Shown here: positions 61,011-64,000 of the stretch, one piece after another
Position numbering within the stretch: the stretch's first letter is position 1
Layout of the letters: the number at the start of each line of letters is the position of its first letter
NCBI GenBank assembly: GCA_038087875.1
Contig: CM075985.1
Location: 24,552,001-24,616,000, forward strand
Direction: 5' to 3'
From: Malacoraja senta
Taxonomy: Eukaryota
DNA length: 64,000 nucleotides
The notes under the pieces: model-generated
What the model saw: only the letters and a program-made list of their open reading frames with translations
What the model was told of the DNA's origin: nothing
Databases searched by the model: none
Translations under genes and position numbers: made by a program

Positions 61011-63299
61011 ACCCCCCCCCCGGCCCTATTGTGCTGGAAATGTCTTCAGAGCGAACATTGCATTCCGTTATCAAACTTAGTCAATCAAATGTGTTTTCAT
61101 TCCCAATGTTATTATTAGTTTTAATCCATAAAGATAAAGATGGATTAATTAAATTGTGAACACGTGAAACATTAAAACTGCAGTGTTCGCTTGTCACTGC
61201 TACCATTGACACGTTATTACAGAATTCATTTTAACGGCAAATCAATGCTCTTAATATGGAGTATCAGTACTGTAGTTATTTAATGAGCAACATTCACAAC
61301 TAAATGTTGGATTTATCCAGGTTTTACTTCTACAGTCAGTCATATACATCACAAATTTGGTCAGGAGATATTTCAGTTGAAATTTTAATGTTAATTCTGA
61401 AGTGGGAATGATGGCAACAGTGTTTTTTAAAATCAATATTTTTTTAAAATCTGGTGCGTACACACTGGGTATGTTCATTGCTGTTCACAACACATACATC
61501 TAATCTGAATGTCCGGTAATGTGGCGTTTTAACACCTTTAAACATATTACCAAAATATGCTGCAGTTATGTCCTTTGGCCATCTCTTGTCAGTTAGTGTA
61601 ATGTTTAACCTGTCAGATGGGTATAGTTGGTTTTAACAGCTATTATCATAAAATGCCTTTAGAAATTTCCTTGCAACCTGTATATTTTGTTGTGGATAAA
61701 TTATGTGGGAAGTGAGAGTGTTTCTGTACCAATAGCAATAACGACCCATGCTATGGCCATGTCATGATAATTTTCGGTCCTTCACAGAAAACATGCTTGC
61801 ATCAATCAGTAGTGTGAATGGTTAAGCATATATGTTACCATGGTCCAGGATTTATTGACACAGGTTGATCATACGCTGAATAATCCAACCACATTTTTGT
61901 TTGGAAGTGGAAAGAAATAATAGAAATTGCATTAATTGCAATGTGTAAAAAGAGTTGAGATACTGTATTATAATTTTGCCGCATGTCATTGTGGTATATA
62001 TCATGTCTTGATTGGTGAATATGTTTAGTTTGTGACTTTATTTGAAGCAGAAATAATATGCGAATGCTTCATTGACTATAATTCCGACTGGTAACTTCGC
62101 ACATTATTGCACGCGTCAGACAAGCCGTCGTAAATGACCATCTAAACTGACATTTGGCAACCTAAAAAGCTGCCTAGGTTGCCTGGCTGGCAACTGGCAA
62201 AAAAGTTAAGTGAGAGCCCTGAAGACCCTCAAGTTCTGGCAACATTCTCATAAATCTTCTCTGCACTCTTTACAGCTTAACACCATCCTTCCTATAGCAG
62301 GGTGCCCAGCAAGCTGTCTACTACACACATTTATTTTCCAAGGATTTTGAAGCTTTACACAAAATTTCTACCCTTAAAAAGCAATTTAACAGCAGTTGGC
62401 CATGAAATTTGATAACTATTGGCAAAAAGTCCAAAGTGGAAAACAGCTTTTGTACATTAGAGAGTATCATACTTTTCAAATGTTTACAAATAACATCCTC
62501 AGCAACTTCAAACAGTTGGCCTGTATTTGGAAATATATATAATTTTCTAAAGAAAATTTAGAGTAATAATCTATAACTGAAGTTTAAGGCTTCATTTGCA
62601 GTGACAGATAAGAGATGGCATGGCAAGGATTAGTTACTGATGAGGTATTTTGCTCACAGGGAGCATCAAAATGCAATCAATTAACGAGAAGGTCACACTA
62701 TCCTAATTCTTTCAAGGTATCAGTATTTGCAGAAATTATTGAATAAATGGTTTAGATAAGAAGTGGCACCACTCAAACCAAAATGTTGGACAGCTTGCAA
62801 AATGAAGACAAAACAGGACTTCTGATTGCAGGCAATTATCTCACAAAGCAGCTGTCAGACTCCAATTGATTAGGCCTATTTAAAGGATGGCTCTACTCGG
62901 CTACTGTGAAAAAAACCTACTAAAGTAACTTATTTATTCCAGACAGCTATTCACTTTAAAATATTAATTATACCTCTTTTAGTACTACCTTGCCTGAGAA
63001 AAAAAAACACCTCAAATTATGAAAATACTTTGATGAGCGATTTCAGCATTTAGAATGTAAAATTGCAGACTGAACATAATCCTTATGTAAAATACTCAAA
63101 TTAGCACTGATTCAGCTGCCGCTGATCCATACGAGCAAGGTTTGGTAAAATATTCCAATCTTTTTCACTTTGTTGGAACAAAAAAAAGCAGAATATAGGT
63201 AAAAACTGTTCAACTCAACTAGACACATGCAAAGAAAGATAATGTACTGGATGATTGAGCTTTAGCTGTCTCACTGTTGATCAGTATAGCTAAAAATTA

Positions 63300-63740
63300 A
63301 CAACATAGAACAGTGCAGCACAAGAACAAGCCCTTCGGCCCACAATATCTGTGCTGAACATGATGCCAAGACCATCTTCTTCTTCTTGCACAGCCTAAAG
63401 TTGTAGGACAACTTGTTCTATTTGATGCAAGACCATCTCATCTGTCTGCACGTAACTCATATCCCTCCATTCCCTGCATATCCATGTCTCTTAAATGCCA
63501 CCATCACATCTGCTTTAACCATAACCCCCAGCAGCACATTTCACCACCATCTAATTAAAAAAAACTTGCTCTGCACATTTCCTTAAAATTTGCCTTTCTC
63601 ACATTAAATCTATGGCCTCTAGTATTTGATTTTTCCATCCTGGGAAAAAGGTTTTGACTGCTTATCCTATCAATGCCTCTCATAATTTTATATACTTCTA
63701 TCAGGCCTCACCGCAAACTCTGGCTTTTCAGAGAAAACAA
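63300..63740 (-). mobile_element. CR1 LINE 3' fragment
   Basis: catagaacagtgcagcacaagaacaagcccttcggccc tail; reverse-strand LRRGL..VYKIMRGIDR-like remnant. Confidence 0.8.
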
Positions 63741-63769
63741 TCAATAGTCAATAGGTGCAGGAGTAGGCC

Positions 63770-63975
63770 TGAGTGTACCATAGATGAGTTGAGAACACTT
63801 TTTACAGGAAGAACTTGTTTCTGATAAAGTTTAGTTCAGAACGGTTCAAAGAGTTCATGCAGTGGAATGGTGTAAAACACACACTTGTTCCCCCATACCA
63901 TCCAGCCTCCAACGGGGCGGCGGAAAGGTCTGTTAGAATTATCAAAGATGCTCTCAAGAAACAGGTTGTGCAGGA
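63770..63975 (+). mobile_element. Gypsy/Ty3 LTR-retrotransposon integrase core fragment
   Basis: TIDELRTLF / EELVSD / FSSERFKEFMQWNGVKHTLVPPYHPASNGAAERSVRIIKDALKK, with deletions between the blocks. Confidence 0.88.
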
Positions 63976-64000
63976 TAGACAATAGACAATAGGTGCAGGC

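Larger units (their letters stand above)
59289..62221. mobile_element. Non-autonomous hAT-like DNA transposon (about 2.9 kb), apparent 5-bp TSD
   Basis: Ends cagggctc / gagccctg; subterminal repeats ggttgcc and ggcaacctaaa at both ends; flanks aaggc / aagac. Confidence 0.75.
58880..62310 (-). mobile_element. CR1 3' fragment (58880-59288 and 62222-62310) split by a DNA transposon
   Basis: LGRVGIYYLECWSMRGDVIMLYKIM remnant; the host sequence resumes collinearly after 62221. Confidence 0.75.

Overview
Eukaryotic genomic DNA. It is most likely from a cartilaginous fish (skate/ray-like), an inference from the repeat content. The whole window lies inside one minus-strand gene, laminin subunit beta 1 (lamb1). 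I resolved 28 consecutive coding exons, equivalent to human exons 4-31 by recalled numbering. They splice in frame into 4668 nt (1556 codons) covering the LN domain, LE repeats, the LF/IV domain, further LE repeats and most of the coiled coil. The first and last exons lie outside the window. One intron uses a GC donor. The introns are full of mobile DNA: CR1 and Rex1/Babar LINEs, tRNA-derived V-SINEs, probable Deu-type SINE relics, Harbinger and Tigger-like MITEs, two larger non-autonomous DNA transposons with atypical TSD lengths, and a Gypsy integrase scrap. About 17 Penelope-like element tails are also present. Several retain a minimal hammerhead ribozyme core (CUGAAGA-stem-GAAAC), some form head-to-head inverted repeats, and several have 10-17 bp TSDs. 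The hammerhead-bearing tail family is the most interesting non-genic signal. Hammerheads in Penelope-like elements are known, so I see no clearly new system. All identities come from recognition by eye; no searches were run.
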